DNA of 64,000 nucleotides from Poseidonia sp. (GCA_965661285.1 CBFIDD010000002.1:386521-450520); one strand, 5' to 3'; numbered from the stretch's first letter, positions 32,257 to 42,773 are shown. The notes: generated by a model not told the origin, from the sequence alone. Made by a program: numbers and translations.

Positions 32257-32973
32257 TCAAATCTTCTTACCTCGTCCACGACCGGTTCGTCGTGGTGCAA
32301 TCAAACCAACCTTGGCGCCCGGTGGGGTACCACGAGCAACGGAGTTGGGTCCGTGAACGGCTTGGTGGTTTCCACCACCGTGTGGGTGGTCAACAGGGTT
32401 CATGGCCACACCTGAAACATGCGGGTAGAGTTTACCGCGGGCCTTGGCCTTGTAGTAAGCAGCACCGGCTGTTCGCATTGGCATCTCGTCTCGGCCGTGG
32501 CCGGCGAGCACACCGATGGTGGCTCGGCAGTTTGCGGGGAGTTCCTTCACAGACCCGGAGGGCATGCGAACACGAACCATGTCGCCGATGCGAGACTCGA
32601 CCTGGCAGGAGTTACCCGCAGAGCGTGCAACCTTGCCGCCGTCGCCGGGGCGGAGTTCGAGATTGTTGATGGCGGTTCCTTCAGGGATGTTGCCCAGTTC
32701 GGTGATGTTGCCGGGTCGAAGGGCCACGTTGTCGCCGATGGCGACCTTGCTTCCGATGGAGATGCCTTCGGTAGCAGCGACCAACGTCGTGTCGCCGTCA
32801 GGCGTCTTGATGCGAGCGAGCGGGGCGCTGTGAACGGGGCTGTGAAGCAGTTCGGTGACCTCGCAAACCACATCTTTCTCGCGTGGCATGCGGTTCTTTC
32901 CGGGGAAGCGGTGGCTGGCCACACGATAGCGTGGCGACGAACCTTTGCGTTGTGCACGAATTCTCTTACCCAT
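32257..32973 (-). CDS. rpl2: 50S ribosomal protein uL2
   Basis: MGKRIRAQRKG, AMNPVDHPHGGG, RRTG. Confidence 0.97.
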   Translation of the reverse strand: MGKRIRAQRKGSSPRYRVASHRFPGKNRMPREKDVVCEVTELLHSPVHSAPLARIKTPDGDTTLVAATEGISIGSKVAIGDNVALRPGNITELGNIPEGTAINNLELRPGDGGKVARSAGNSCQVESRIGDMVRVRMPSGSVKELPANCRATIGVLAGHGRDEMPMRTAGAAYYKAKARGKLYPHVSGVAMNPVDHPHGGGNHQAVHGPNSVARGTPPGAKVGLIAPRRTGRGRGKKI

Positions 32974-32984
32974 GATAAATCACC

Positions 32985-33242
32985 TCAGAATGCTCCCAGA
33001 CGCATAGCAGCGTCTTCTGCGTCGTAGCCTTCAGCAAGCTTCACGGAGGCGTGCTTGCCGTGCTTGGAGTTTCGAACGTTGACCTTGGCCACTTCGACGT
33101 CGAAGATGGTCTCGACGGCTCGAGCGATTTGGGCCTTCGTAGCGCTTCGGCGGACCAAGAATTCCAATCGCTGCTCGGTGGTACGAGCCTCCATGGATTT
33201 CTCAGTGAGCCAGGGTTGAATGATGATGTCGTATGCGTTCAT
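32985..33242 (-). CDS. rpl23: 50S ribosomal protein uL23
   Basis: P.LTEK, ATK.QI..AVE; operon position. Confidence 0.94.
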   Translation of the reverse strand: MNAYDIIIQPWLTEKSMEARTTEQRLEFLVRRSATKAQIARAVETIFDVEVAKVNVRNSKHGKHASVKLAEGYDAEDAAMRLGAF

Positions 33243-33251
33243 GATCTCACC

Positions 33252-34133
33252 TCAGTTCATGGCCTCCAACGCCGCCTTCGTAAAGACGGTCAGGCGACCA
33301 ACGTCGCCACCGGGAGCAAGGTCTTCTGCAGACAAGTCCTTGGCGGCGACAACGTCGACACCAGGGAGATTGCGGGCAGCTTGGGCCAGTCCGGCCTTTT
33401 CCTTGACCACCAAGAGGATGGACTTGGGCGTCTTGTGGACGCGTCCACGCATGGTGGCCTTACCGGCTCGAATCTTGCGGCCGTTGCGGGCTCGGTCCAG
33501 GTCGGGGCCGAGACCAAGGCTGGCAAAGATGGCAGCGGCTTTGCGGGTGGCAGAGCCGTGGTTGAAGGTTTCAATGTCGTACTCGGTGGACTTGCCGTCA
33601 ACCACTTCGGTGTACGAACCGAGGACGATGGGCAGGTGCTCGACGGAGTCGTCAAAGCGGTGTCCACGAGCGGCGACGGTTTCCATTGAGACAGTAGCAG
33701 CGAGTGCAGCGTTGCGGGCAGCATGGCGTTGCTTTGCGTTGAGTTTGCGGGACCAGTCCTTCTCGACCTTTGGACCGTGTGCTCGGCGACCACCAAGGGT
33801 GTGGGGGTTCTGGGCACCACGGCGTGAACCGGTTCGTCGAAGGATGCGGGAAACACCACGACCCTTACCCCACCACTCAACGGAGTGCTTCATACCCGCC
33901 ATGGGGCGTCGCTTTCCGACGTGTGCACGGGAACCGTAGGCTTGGCGGCGGTTGGCTCTGCTTGAAGCCACGGCCAACTTGACAAGATCTTCACGAACTT
34001 CAGATTCAAAGGCTGCGGGGAGGCTGACTTTGGAGCCGTCCGAGACGTCCACATCAAAGCGAGCGGACAGCTTGCCGGCGTCCATTTCGGTCTGGGTGAC
34101 CTTGTTGACGATGTCCTTGGTTGCGACCTTCAT
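33252..34133 (-). CDS. rpl4: 50S ribosomal protein uL4
   Basis: WGKGRGVSR, GGRRAH, LAPGG..GRL. Confidence 0.96.
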   Translation of the reverse strand: MKVATKDIVNKVTQTEMDAGKLSARFDVDVSDGSKVSLPAAFESEVREDLVKLAVASSRANRRQAYGSRAHVGKRRPMAGMKHSVEWWGKGRGVSRILRRTGSRRGAQNPHTLGGRRAHGPKVEKDWSRKLNAKQRHAARNAALAATVSMETVAARGHRFDDSVEHLPIVLGSYTEVVDGKSTEYDIETFNHGSATRKAAAIFASLGLGPDLDRARNGRKIRAGKATMRGRVHKTPKSILLVVKEKAGLAQAARNLPGVDVVAAKDLSAEDLAPGGDVGRLTVFTKAALEAMN

Positions 34134-34135
34134 CT

Positions 34136-35155
34136 TCAGGCCCCCTGCTTGGATGCGGTACTCACGTACGTGATCTCATAGTCGTGGAGTGTCTTGTCCG
34201 AAGCACGGGTGGCATCGCGGAAGCGAATCAATCGCTTGGCGGGGCCGGGAACACTTCCCTTGACCAAAATGTAGTCGGATTTGATTTCGCCATAGTGGAG
34301 GAAGCCACCAGCTGGCGTGATGGAGTGGTCCTCTGGGTTGGCGACACGCAGGATGCGCTTGTTGTACTCCGTGCGCTGATGGTAGCCGGTTTGTCCGCCT
34401 TGTCGGATGGTTTTACGGACGTATCCATCACCGAATGCACCCATGTTTCCGTGCTGTCGGCGCTTCTTGGAGTTCTTGTGCGATTGGAGTTTACCACCAA
34501 ATCGCTTGATGACACCCTGCCAGCCGTATCCCTTGGTGATGGCGACGATGTCGGTCATCGTGCCCTCCTCAAAGGCGTCGGCGAAGGAGTATTCCTCGCC
34601 AAGGCGTTCGTTGGCCCAGTTGAGTTGGTCATCCATGCTGCCCCCGGTCAAGCCCATCTCCATCACGTCAGGAACCTTGGTTGGGACGCTCGAGAGTGTG
34701 TGGGGTTGGGTGGCAACGATGAGACGAACTTCGCATAGGTCAGCCTTCTGGAGGTTTTCCATGTGCTTCGAAGCGTCGTGTTCCTTGCGTTCTGGGACAC
34801 GGTTGAAGAGTTCCTTGAAGGCTTCTCGAATGGTTTTGGCATCTGCCCATACTTCACCACGGGCTTGCATGCCGTAAGGTGTCATTTCGTAGCCACGCAC
34901 GCCAAGAATTCGCATCTTCGGGCATTCGACGACGGTGACAGGAACTCGAATTTCCTGACCGGCCGAGGTGCTACGGGGGTTCAAATCACGGGCCAAAATG
35001 TGGGTCATGCCGGCTTTCCAGCCTGCAAAACCTTGCACTCGGACTTCGCTCGCATCGGTTGTGGGCCACGACTTGACGTGACCAAACGGGCGGTTCGCTC
35101 GCTTGCGCGGGCTGAACGCCATTGATCCACGACGTGGGTGGTTTCGCTTTGCCAT
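34136..35155 (-). CDS. rpl3: 50S ribosomal protein uL3
   Basis: PRRGSMAFSPRKRA, GWKAGMTH, GQTGYHQRTEYNK. Confidence 0.97.
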   Translation of the reverse strand: MAKRNHPRRGSMAFSPRKRANRPFGHVKSWPTTDASEVRVQGFAGWKAGMTHILARDLNPRSTSAGQEIRVPVTVVECPKMRILGVRGYEMTPYGMQARGEVWADAKTIREAFKELFNRVPERKEHDASKHMENLQKADLCEVRLIVATQPHTLSSVPTKVPDVMEMGLTGGSMDDQLNWANERLGEEYSFADAFEEGTMTDIVAITKGYGWQGVIKRFGGKLQSHKNSKKRRQHGNMGAFGDGYVRKTIRQGGQTGYHQRTEYNKRILRVANPEDHSITPAGGFLHYGEIKSDYILVKGSVPGPAKRLIRFRDATRASDKTLHDYEITYVSTASKQGA

Positions 35156-35355
35156 CTTGGATTCCTCCAGGGTATTCTACAACGCAGTGGCCCCACCGTT
35201 GGGGGGCGTACGAGGGCCCATACAGCGTCGAAGCCGTGACACGGAGCCACATTCCCACGAGCGGGGAATGTGCCAGTTGGGGTCCTCGGGGGATGGCCCA
35301 GTGTGTCTGGCTACTCACCTTTGAGCAACCCTCCGACTTACATCCCGTATATATG
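35156..35355 (-). promoter_or_regulatory. promoter and structured ~170-nt 5' leader of the ribosomal protein operon
   Basis: CATATATA at 35348-35355; hairpin CACATTCCC-N7-GGGAATGTG; GGAGG SD before rpl3. Confidence 0.55.
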
Positions 35356-35504
35356 CGGTTCGGTGTAGCCCGACACGGTGTTGCGTGCAACGCCATGGAG
35401 ATTGAGGGCCTTCAAACATTTCTCCGATTCTTCGAATGTTTTGTTTAACCTCGCCGTCGACCCTCCGCATCATCCTTTTGAACCCTAGCCGTGAAGTCGC
35501 TTTC

Positions 35505-38114
35505 ATGCCTCACATGGTTCATCCTCTTCTGAGCGATGACGTGGAAGCCAGGGGCTACCAACTGCGTTCCCTCGAACGCATTCTTTCCTTTTCGAGCCTC
35601 ATGGTCATGCCTACAGGGTTCGGCAAAACAGCCGTCGAATGGATGGCGATGGCTGAGTTTCTGAGGAAAGGGGCGACAAAAATCGTCCTTATCGCCCCCA
35701 CCACAGGATTGGTGGACCAACAACGCACCATGGCCGTTGAACGCCTTGCGTTGGACGAAGGCCAGATCGTGGCCTATACCGGCGATACCGGACCCGATAA
35801 ACGCGGCGCCCTGTGGGAGCGGGCCACGGTGGTGATGGCGACACCCCAGGTCATCCGAAACGATGCGATGAACGGCATCATTGACCTGACCGAGGTTGAC
35901 CTGCTCATCATGGACGAAGCCCATCACGCCACGGGGAATCACGCCTACGCACAGGTGGGGCAGTTGTACCTGCGCACCAATCCCAGCGGTCGCGTACTCG
36001 CCGCCACGGCAAGCCCGGGCTCGACCCTTCGCAACATCAACGAAGTGCGCACCAACCTCAACGCCCACAATCTCGATTTGTGCAAACGAGACGAACCGCT
36101 CCTGAAAGCCTACGACGTGGACATGAATATTCACACCCACACCGTGGACCTGCCCCGTGCTTTGGAGGTGCTGATCGCCCCCCTTCGCACGCATTTCAAA
36201 GATGAGGTGACCCATCTTCAGCGGCTCGGATTTATGCCAACCAAAGAATACATTGGCACCAATGATATTGAGCGAGCCCAGCAAAGTGCGAGTCGAGCCA
36301 TCCAACAACGGGATGTACGGGGATACGATGCAGCTCGCCGTGTTGCTGATTTACGGCGAATTCATATTCTCATCAACCTGCTTCAAACCCAGGGGACAAA
36401 CGTGGCAAGAGCTTTTCTCAACCGGGCCGAAGAGGAGGGGCGCAACGGTCGAAAGACGAATCGCATGTTGGCCTTGCCGGTCGTCCATCAACTTCGACTT
36501 GCCCTCAACGACATGGACGAACTGCATCCAAAATCCTCCATCGTCGAGACACTCGTAAGACAGGAGATTGCGACCAAGCCAGACGGGAAGGTATTGATTT
36601 TTACAGAGTACAGGGATTCCGTTGAACAGATCGTTGAACTCCTCAAGAAACACGAGAACCTGAAGCCGGATGCCTTCATTGGCCAATCCTCTCGAGGCTC
36701 TCAGAAAGGAATGACACAGAAACAACAACTCGCCCAACTCAAACGCTTTCGCAGTGGTGAAATCAACATCCTCGTCGCCACATCCGTCGGAGAGGAAGGC
36801 CTGGACGTTCCTGCAGCAGACCTTGTCGTGCTCTACGAACCCGTGCCCAGTGCGGTACGAGCCATTCAACGTCGAGGGCGCACCGCGCGACAGCGTGCGG
36901 GTTCAGTCCATGTCCTGATTGCGAAAAACACCCGAGACGCCTATGTTCACCGCGCATCCGAACGCCAAGAGGAAAACATGCATCGTCTGATGACGCGTCT
37001 TGTTCGCCAAAAACAGCTCAACGAAACCTACGTGGTGAGCGATGATGCCCTCGAAGCGTTCCGTGTCAAAACCGAGACAAAAACCGTGCCAGCCAAGGTG
37101 TTCCTCGAAGAGGAACTGAAGCGCCTTGCACCTCAGGAGACGCCCGAACGAAAATCTATAGAAAAAACACCAGCGGCTTCGAGACGGAACGATAATGTTG
37201 CCCCTCGCCTCCGACCCGACCAAATCCGACCGCAATCGCAAGCCAGTCTCTTTCACTATGACCAGCAGACCCCAACACCGGTTGAATCGAGCGCCATCCG
37301 GGAGGGTATGGAGGTTGTGCTCAACGCCGCAGAAGAGGAAATCAAGTCCCTCAGCGATGTTCGAGGAGACGGCGAAGTGGTGCTCATCGATCATCGTGAA
37401 TCACGGTCAACGCTGCCTGGATACCTCAACGGTCTCGGTTTCAAGACCACGTTTACCCAACTTCCGTGCGGCGACCTGCGGCTTTCCGAGCGGGTGCTCA
37501 TCGAACGTAAATCCGCCCGAGATTTGCTCGAATCCGTCAAGTCCGGTCGCCTGCTCAGCCAGTGCCGCAGCCTTGCGGCCAGCGCCCAACGTCCGCTCCT
37601 TCTCGTGGAAACTGGAGGGGAAGCACAGTACAGTGTCCATCCAAACGCCGTCCTCGGGGCGCTGGCGCACATCACGCTCGAACTGGGTCTCCCCGTGGTC
37701 ATGGTCAAAGGGCCGCTGGAGGCAGCCCATTTTGTTGCGGTCGCCGTCCGCCAAGAACACGAAGCACTGGAGCGACTGCATCAATTCGCTGCATCTTCAA
37801 GTGAGGACCATCCCGGTGTCCGACAGGCCATCGCCCGGGCACGGAGCGAACTTGACCTTCTTGAGGAGAGCCCCGACGATGAGCATCCTTGGTTCGATGA
37901 TCGCATTCAGCACCTTGAGCGATGTTTTGAGCACACGATGAGCCCGCTGCTGAACAAGGCACCTCACCTTTCCAACATCGTCATGAAGTTCTCACCGGAC
38001 ATTGGCCGCTTGTTCTCGACGACTGCAGAGAACATCGCCAAAGAAACGGGGTGTCGGGAGGAGGAAGCCAACGAGGTCCTGTCCTTGCTGCACGGAACGC
38101 TCACGAACCGATAA
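35505..38114 (+). CDS. hef: Hef helicase-nuclease (SF2 DEAH + ERCC4/XPF)
   Basis: PTGFGKT, DEAHH, TAS, ATSVGEEGLD, QRRGRTAR; ERKS..D nuclease motif. Confidence 0.94.
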   Translation: MPHMVHPLLSDDVEARGYQLRSLERILSFSSLMVMPTGFGKTAVEWMAMAEFLRKGATKIVLIAPTTGLVDQQRTMAVERLALDEGQIVAYTGDTGPDKRGALWERATVVMATPQVIRNDAMNGIIDLTEVDLLIMDEAHHATGNHAYAQVGQLYLRTNPSGRVLAATASPGSTLRNINEVRTNLNAHNLDLCKRDEPLLKAYDVDMNIHTHTVDLPRALEVLIAPLRTHFKDEVTHLQRLGFMPTKEYIGTNDIERAQQSASRAIQQRDVRGYDAARRVADLRRIHILINLLQTQGTNVARAFLNRAEEEGRNGRKTNRMLALPVVHQLRLALNDMDELHPKSSIVETLVRQEIATKPDGKVLIFTEYRDSVEQIVELLKKHENLKPDAFIGQSSRGSQKGMTQKQQLAQLKRFRSGEINILVATSVGEEGLDVPAADLVVLYEPVPSAVRAIQRRGRTARQRAGSVHVLIAKNTRDAYVHRASERQEENMHRLMTRLVRQKQLNETYVVSDDALEAFRVKTETKTVPAKVFLEEELKRLAPQETPERKSIEKTPAASRRNDNVAPRLRPDQIRPQSQASLFHYDQQTPTPVESSAIREGMEVVLNAAEEEIKSLSDVRGDGEVVLIDHRESRSTLPGYLNGLGFKTTFTQLPCGDLRLSERVLIERKSARDLLESVKSGRLLSQCRSLAASAQRPLLLVETGGEAQYSVHPNAVLGALAHITLELGLPVVMVKGPLEAAHFVAVAVRQEHEALERLHQFAASSSEDHPGVRQAIARARSELDLLEESPDDEHPWFDDRIQHLERCFEHTMSPLLNKAPHLSNIVMKFSPDIGRLFSTTAENIAKETGCREEEANEVLSLLHGTLTNR

Positions 38115-38958
38115 GGCGGACACGGGTTCGCAATTGAGCGAGACGGTCGGGATAGAAACCCAAAGCGAAAGCGACGATTTCTGAGAGGTGGCACACAGGG
38201 ACGGTGGTGTTCTTTCCGCTGACACGACCTGCTTTTGACTGATAGGAGTCGAGGTTGATGTGCGACATGGTGCAAGCACTGACCACGAGTTCAGCACCGG
38301 ACTGAATAGCATCGGAGAGCACCGCCGCAGTCATAGCGAGGGAGGAATCTTCCAGGGTGAGCATGGACGTTGAGCCGACGCTCTGGCATTTGGAGTCGTA
38401 GTCAACGGGGGTGCCGCCAAGCGCCTCGATGAGCTGCTCCATGTACGTGGGCAGGAAGGGGTCGTCGCCGGCACAGGCGCCCTCGCGCTGCATGTCGGGG
38501 CCGTAATAGGCGGCGATGTTCATCTTCAACGGATTCTTGACCGCATCTCGGACCTTATCGAGTCCTACTTCCTCAACGAGGTAGTGAAGCAGGTGCCACG
38601 ATTGCGTTTCTCCCGTGTATTCGACCTTCGAGGAGCGAGCCACAAGGTTGTTCACCGTGCTGGCATAAACAGGGTCTCGGGCCATGTCCTGAGCCGTGTT
38701 ACACATGATGGCGTGGCTGGTTGCACAGGTGGTCATCACGTCAAGGCCCTTGGCTTCGGCCAGTGCGAGATTGCGTGCGACCAGAGCGTCCTGGAGTTTG
38801 GGAGTGGCCTGCTTAATGACGTTGCCACCGTCGCTGCTGGCCCGTGGGATTTCAACGAGTTGAATGTTCAAGGCCTTGCAAAGCGGTTGGATGGTGTCCT
38901 CAATTTCCGCAGCACCTGCACGGGCCACGTTGCCGGGGTAGTATGCGATTTTTGCCAT
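38101..38958 (-). CDS. HdrB/SdhE-like CCG-domain protein, Cys motifs degenerate
   Basis: YYPG, ARNLALAE, AAYYG, P..ME.L..ALG.TPVDY and H.NLD.YQ scaffold; no CCG motif. Confidence 0.8.
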   Translation of the reverse strand: MAKIAYYPGNVARAGAAEIEDTIQPLCKALNIQLVEIPRASSDGGNVIKQATPKLQDALVARNLALAEAKGLDVMTTCATSHAIMCNTAQDMARDPVYASTVNNLVARSSKVEYTGETQSWHLLHYLVEEVGLDKVRDAVKNPLKMNIAAYYGPDMQREGACAGDDPFLPTYMEQLIEALGGTPVDYDSKCQSVGSTSMLTLEDSSLAMTAAVLSDAIQSGAELVVSACTMSHINLDSYQSKAGRVSGKNTTVPVCHLSEIVAFALGFYPDRLAQLRTRVRLIGS

Positions 38959-38967
38959 CCAATCACC

Positions 38968-40932
38968 TCAGAACCTTTGGTCGATTTCGTTGAACAGGCT
39001 CACGACTTCGTGGTAGTTTTGCACGCGGCCATTAAACATCTTGGGAATTCGACCCAAGCCGGCAGGCGGAACGAGCAAGGCCTGCAAGCCTCGAATTGGT
39101 GGGCCACCGTTGCGAGTAAACGCCAGCGCCATTCGTGCTGAGACGCCACTGAACACGTTGCTCACCAGTCCGAGCGGACCGAGAACTTGGCGGTAGAGGG
39201 TGGTCTCGTTGACGTTGCCCGACCACTTCACGCTGCGGCCATACCACTTGACGAGTCGACCGGATTTTCCGGCGTAGCGGTTCTGGTTCAGCAGAGCGCC
39301 GCGTGCTTCGTTAAGGGCACGTGCCGCTAAGCGACCGTCTTCACCGTAGCGAATCAAGCTGGCGTGGTCGGCTTCGGACCAGACACCGTCCTTTTGCTGA
39401 AGGGAGGTCATGATGGAACGGCGTTGCTTCTCGGAGGTTCGTGGGTCAAGGGCTCGGAGCCATTGTTGGAAGTGCACACCTGGACCCTCGTAGTGCGGGT
39501 CGTGAGGAAGGGTGTCGGACATGGCTTGGATGAGTTGGAACGAAAGAACATCTCCGGCTTGATGCAGGGCTGTGGCTGAGGCCGAGTCCATGGTGCCCAT
39601 CGGCATGCCGGAGGGAAGGGTTTCGCCTTCTCGAGGGTCAGTACGCATCCAAGGTTCTGCACGGCTGCGGTGGCTCTCATAGCGAGAGGTGTCGACGATC
39701 AGGTCTCGGATCACGGGATGACCGGGAAGGGGTTCAATACGAACCCGTCCACCGTCCTGGGCCACCGTTCCAATTTGGGTGCAGTCGGACAACACAATGC
39801 GCCCGTTCACACGAACACCGGTCGTCGGCGTGCCAGCAGCACCGCCTCGGCGGAACGCAAGGCTTCCATCGACCTCTCGTTGCATGGTGATGAGGAGGTC
39901 TTGGACCGTGGCGTGGCCGGGAACGGCACAGGTCAAGGTGTCCCATCCCGATTCGGCAGCCTGTGGGCAATAACGGAAAATCTCCAGCGTGATGGTCAAT
40001 TCGTCCTTCTCGATGATGCCCGGTGCAAAGTCGCCCTCGATAACATCGTCATCATCGCCAGCACCGTAGGCCTTCATCTCTTCAAGGAGCTCAACTTGGA
40101 GCGTGCCAGATTCGTCAACGCAGGCAAGGAGCGGCAGCGCCTCTTCAACCCAAATCTTCCAGGGAGGTTCAAAGTCAACGTCGCATTCCTGGATTGGGAA
40201 GGCTTCGGTACCGCCCAAGGCAGCGAGTTTGTTGTTCCAGTCATGACCTGCCTTGCAGTATTCATCGTACGAGGTGTCGCCGATGGCGCAGACGGAGTAG
40301 TGCACACCGCCCAAAGCAGGGCCGTTGGCGTTGATGGCGTTCCACATGGCGTCGGCGTTGTCGGGCATCTCGCCTTCACCCCAGGTGGAGGTGATGATCA
40401 TCACGCGCTTCATGGTGGCCAGACGAGCGGGGTCAAAGCCGTCCATGTCGACGATGTTGGGTTCCAAGCCGTAGTTGGCGGCCATTTTCGCCGTCTTTTC
40501 TGCAAGTCCGGCAGCGTTGCCTGTTTGGGAGCCGAACAGAATGTTCAGCGAGCGATCACCGGCAAAGACGGCGTTGAGGGCATCGGAGACACCGGCTGCG
40601 GGGGCCACAGCGGCCGCAGGTGCAGCGGCTTCAACGGCTGCAGGTGCAGCCTCAACCACCTCTTCAGCGGCACCGTCGCCAACCAATTCAAACTTGATGA
40701 CTTCCACAGGGCAGGCTTCCGCTGCCTCGATGATGATGTCGCCGAGTTCCGTTCCCAGGTCGCCAACCAACGGCGCCCCTCCGACGTTCCGGTCGAAGTT
40801 TCCGTCCGTACGGACGGCCGCCAGAATCATCGACGAATCGTCGGTGACCTCGAAGACTTCGGGACAGATATCCTGACAGGCGTCACAGGTGATACAATCT
40901 TCGTCAATCCACACTTTTGCAACGACTGCCAT
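38968..40932 (-). CDS. ferredoxin-flavodoxin-SdhB-like fusion protein
   Basis: CITCDACQDICP...EACP; ILFGSQTGNA, STWGEGEMPDNA, GDTSY; DGSLAFRR, IEPLPGHPVIRDLIVD, GVW. Confidence 0.85.
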   Translation of the reverse strand: MAVVAKVWIDEDCITCDACQDICPEVFEVTDDSSMILAAVRTDGNFDRNVGGAPLVGDLGTELGDIIIEAAEACPVEVIKFELVGDGAAEEVVEAAPAAVEAAAPAAAVAPAAGVSDALNAVFAGDRSLNILFGSQTGNAAGLAEKTAKMAANYGLEPNIVDMDGFDPARLATMKRVMIITSTWGEGEMPDNADAMWNAINANGPALGGVHYSVCAIGDTSYDEYCKAGHDWNNKLAALGGTEAFPIQECDVDFEPPWKIWVEEALPLLACVDESGTLQVELLEEMKAYGAGDDDDVIEGDFAPGIIEKDELTITLEIFRYCPQAAESGWDTLTCAVPGHATVQDLLITMQREVDGSLAFRRGGAAGTPTTGVRVNGRIVLSDCTQIGTVAQDGGRVRIEPLPGHPVIRDLIVDTSRYESHRSRAEPWMRTDPREGETLPSGMPMGTMDSASATALHQAGDVLSFQLIQAMSDTLPHDPHYEGPGVHFQQWLRALDPRTSEKQRRSIMTSLQQKDGVWSEADHASLIRYGEDGRLAARALNEARGALLNQNRYAGKSGRLVKWYGRSVKWSGNVNETTLYRQVLGPLGLVSNVFSGVSARMALAFTRNGGPPIRGLQALLVPPAGLGRIPKMFNGRVQNYHEVVSLFNEIDQRF

Positions 40933-41070
40933 GAGATGACCTCTTGCTCACGCTCTGTGAGTATTCTTTGCCAGCCTTCAGTGGCCTTTGAAGGTTATTA
41001 TCAAACCACAGGGAAAAAGGCTCCCCGTGGTTCGTTTTTCCTTCCAAAATTTAGCAATGATGAACCGACA

Positions 41071-42693
41071 TCACATGTGGAAATCGCCCATGTCGCCCAT
41101 GCCTTCGTCCATGGGCACACCCTTCGAGGAGATGACGTCGTCGATGCGGAGGATCATGATGGCGGTTTCCGTAGCGGATTGTATGGCTTGTTCGACCACG
41201 CGCAGCGGTTCGACGACGTTGGCGTCCTTCATGTCCACCACACCGCCTTCGTAGACGTTGATACCAGCGTGAGACTGCCCGTCTGCGTGGGCCTTGCGCA
41301 GTTCAATCAGCGTGGTCACCGGGTCGAGGCCAGCGTTTTCTGCGAGGGTGCGAGGGATGATTTCAAGGGCTGAGGCAAAGGCTTCAATCGCCATTTGTTC
41401 ACGTCCGCCAACCGTCTCGGCATAGGTTCGCAAATCACGAGACAAGGCGGCGAGTACGCTTCCTCCGCCGGTAAGAACAGCACCGTCTTCCCATGCGACC
41501 GAGACCACACCGACAGCGTCGTCAAAGGCTCGGCGAATTTCGTCAACGACATGCTCGGTTCCACCGCGCAGCAAGACAGAGACCGACTTGGCTTCAGGGC
41601 ACCCGGTGATGAACGTCATGTCCGAATCGCCGATTTTCTTTTCTTCAACGCGAGAGGCTACGCCAAGGTCAGCGCCGCTCATGTCCTCGAGGTTGGTGAT
41701 GATGGTCCCGCCCGTGGCCTTTGCCAGCGCCTCCATGTCGGATTTCTTAGCTCGCCGGATGGCGAAGATGCCCTTCTTGGAGAGGTAATGTTGAGCCAGT
41801 TCATCGATGCCCTTCTGGCAGACCAACACATTGGCCCCTGCGTTTTCAATGGTGTTGACGAGGTTGCGGATGTAATTCTCTTCTTCCTCAAGGAACAACG
41901 CCAGTTGGTTTGGGTCGGTGATCTGAATCTTCGCATCAACTTCGGTTTTCTTCACTTCGATAGCAGAGTTGACCAGGGCGATTTTTGCCTTGCTGACACT
42001 TCGTGGCATGCCAGCATGCACCCGTTCCTTGTCGAGGAGAATCCCGTCGATGAGCGTGGAATCCTTGATCGAACCGCCTTGTCGCTTCTCAACCTTGATG
42101 TCGGAGAGGTCCACGAGGCGCTCGCCGTCCTCAACGACGCCCACTGCGTTCACGGCGCGAACACAAATATCGGCCATGAAGGATTTGACCGCTCCGGCAG
42201 ATTTTCCGGTCAAAGCGGTTTTCGCAACCTCTTGGAGCACGCTGTCTTCGTTTTCCGTGGAGATGCCGTGACCTTCCATCAACCCGATGGCGCGCTCAGC
42301 AGCCAGTCGGAAGCCTTCGCAAATCACCGTTGGGTGGACGTTTTGCTCGATCAGGTCTTCACTACGCTTGAGCAGTTCACCGGACAAAATGACGGCGGAT
42401 GTGGTGCCGTCAAAGCAGTGCTGCTCTTGGGTTTTCGCCACTTCGATGATCATCTTGGCAGCCGGGTGTTCAATGTCCATTTCCTTCAGAATGGTCGCAC
42501 CGTCATTGGTGATGACGACGTCCCCCATGGAATCAACGAGCATCTTGTCCATGCCCTTTGGGCCAAGGGTGGAGCGAACAGCATCCGCCACGGCTTTGGC
42601 TGCGGCGATGTTGTTGGATTGGGCCGTGCGGCCTCGGGTTCGTTGTGTACCGTCTTTGAGAATGAAGATGGGTGCTTGTCCGTTTCCATACAT
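41071..42693 (-). CDS. ths: thermosome subunit (group II chaperonin)
   Basis: [30 protein letters not shown]; GGAGGG SD before 42693. Confidence 0.97.
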   Translation of the reverse strand: MYGNGQAPIFILKDGTQRTRGRTAQSNNIAAAKAVADAVRSTLGPKGMDKMLVDSMGDVVITNDGATILKEMDIEHPAAKMIIEVAKTQEQHCFDGTTSAVILSGELLKRSEDLIEQNVHPTVICEGFRLAAERAIGLMEGHGISTENEDSVLQEVAKTALTGKSAGAVKSFMADICVRAVNAVGVVEDGERLVDLSDIKVEKRQGGSIKDSTLIDGILLDKERVHAGMPRSVSKAKIALVNSAIEVKKTEVDAKIQITDPNQLALFLEEEENYIRNLVNTIENAGANVLVCQKGIDELAQHYLSKKGIFAIRRAKKSDMEALAKATGGTIITNLEDMSGADLGVASRVEEKKIGDSDMTFITGCPEAKSVSVLLRGGTEHVVDEIRRAFDDAVGVVSVAWEDGAVLTGGGSVLAALSRDLRTYAETVGGREQMAIEAFASALEIIPRTLAENAGLDPVTTLIELRKAHADGQSHAGINVYEGGVVDMKDANVVEPLRVVEQAIQSATETAIMILRIDDVISSKGVPMDEGMGDMGDFHM

Positions 42694-42773
42694 GTGCTTG
42701 CCCTCCGGCATTCATGGCGAGGTTGCCTGCGACTTGAACCCTACGCTTCCACCGTGTGGTGAATTTTGCGCGC

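Noticed and set aside
35156-35400. SRP RNA or RNase P RNA upstream of rpl3
   Set aside because: No SRP helix-8 GGAA motif or RNase P GAGGAAAGTCC-type signature found
39670-42762. Long + strand ORFs (567 aa and 455 aa)
   Set aside because: Antisense shadows of the ferredoxin-flavodoxin fusion and thermosome; no recognisable motifs. The same applies to the many other overlapping track ORFs
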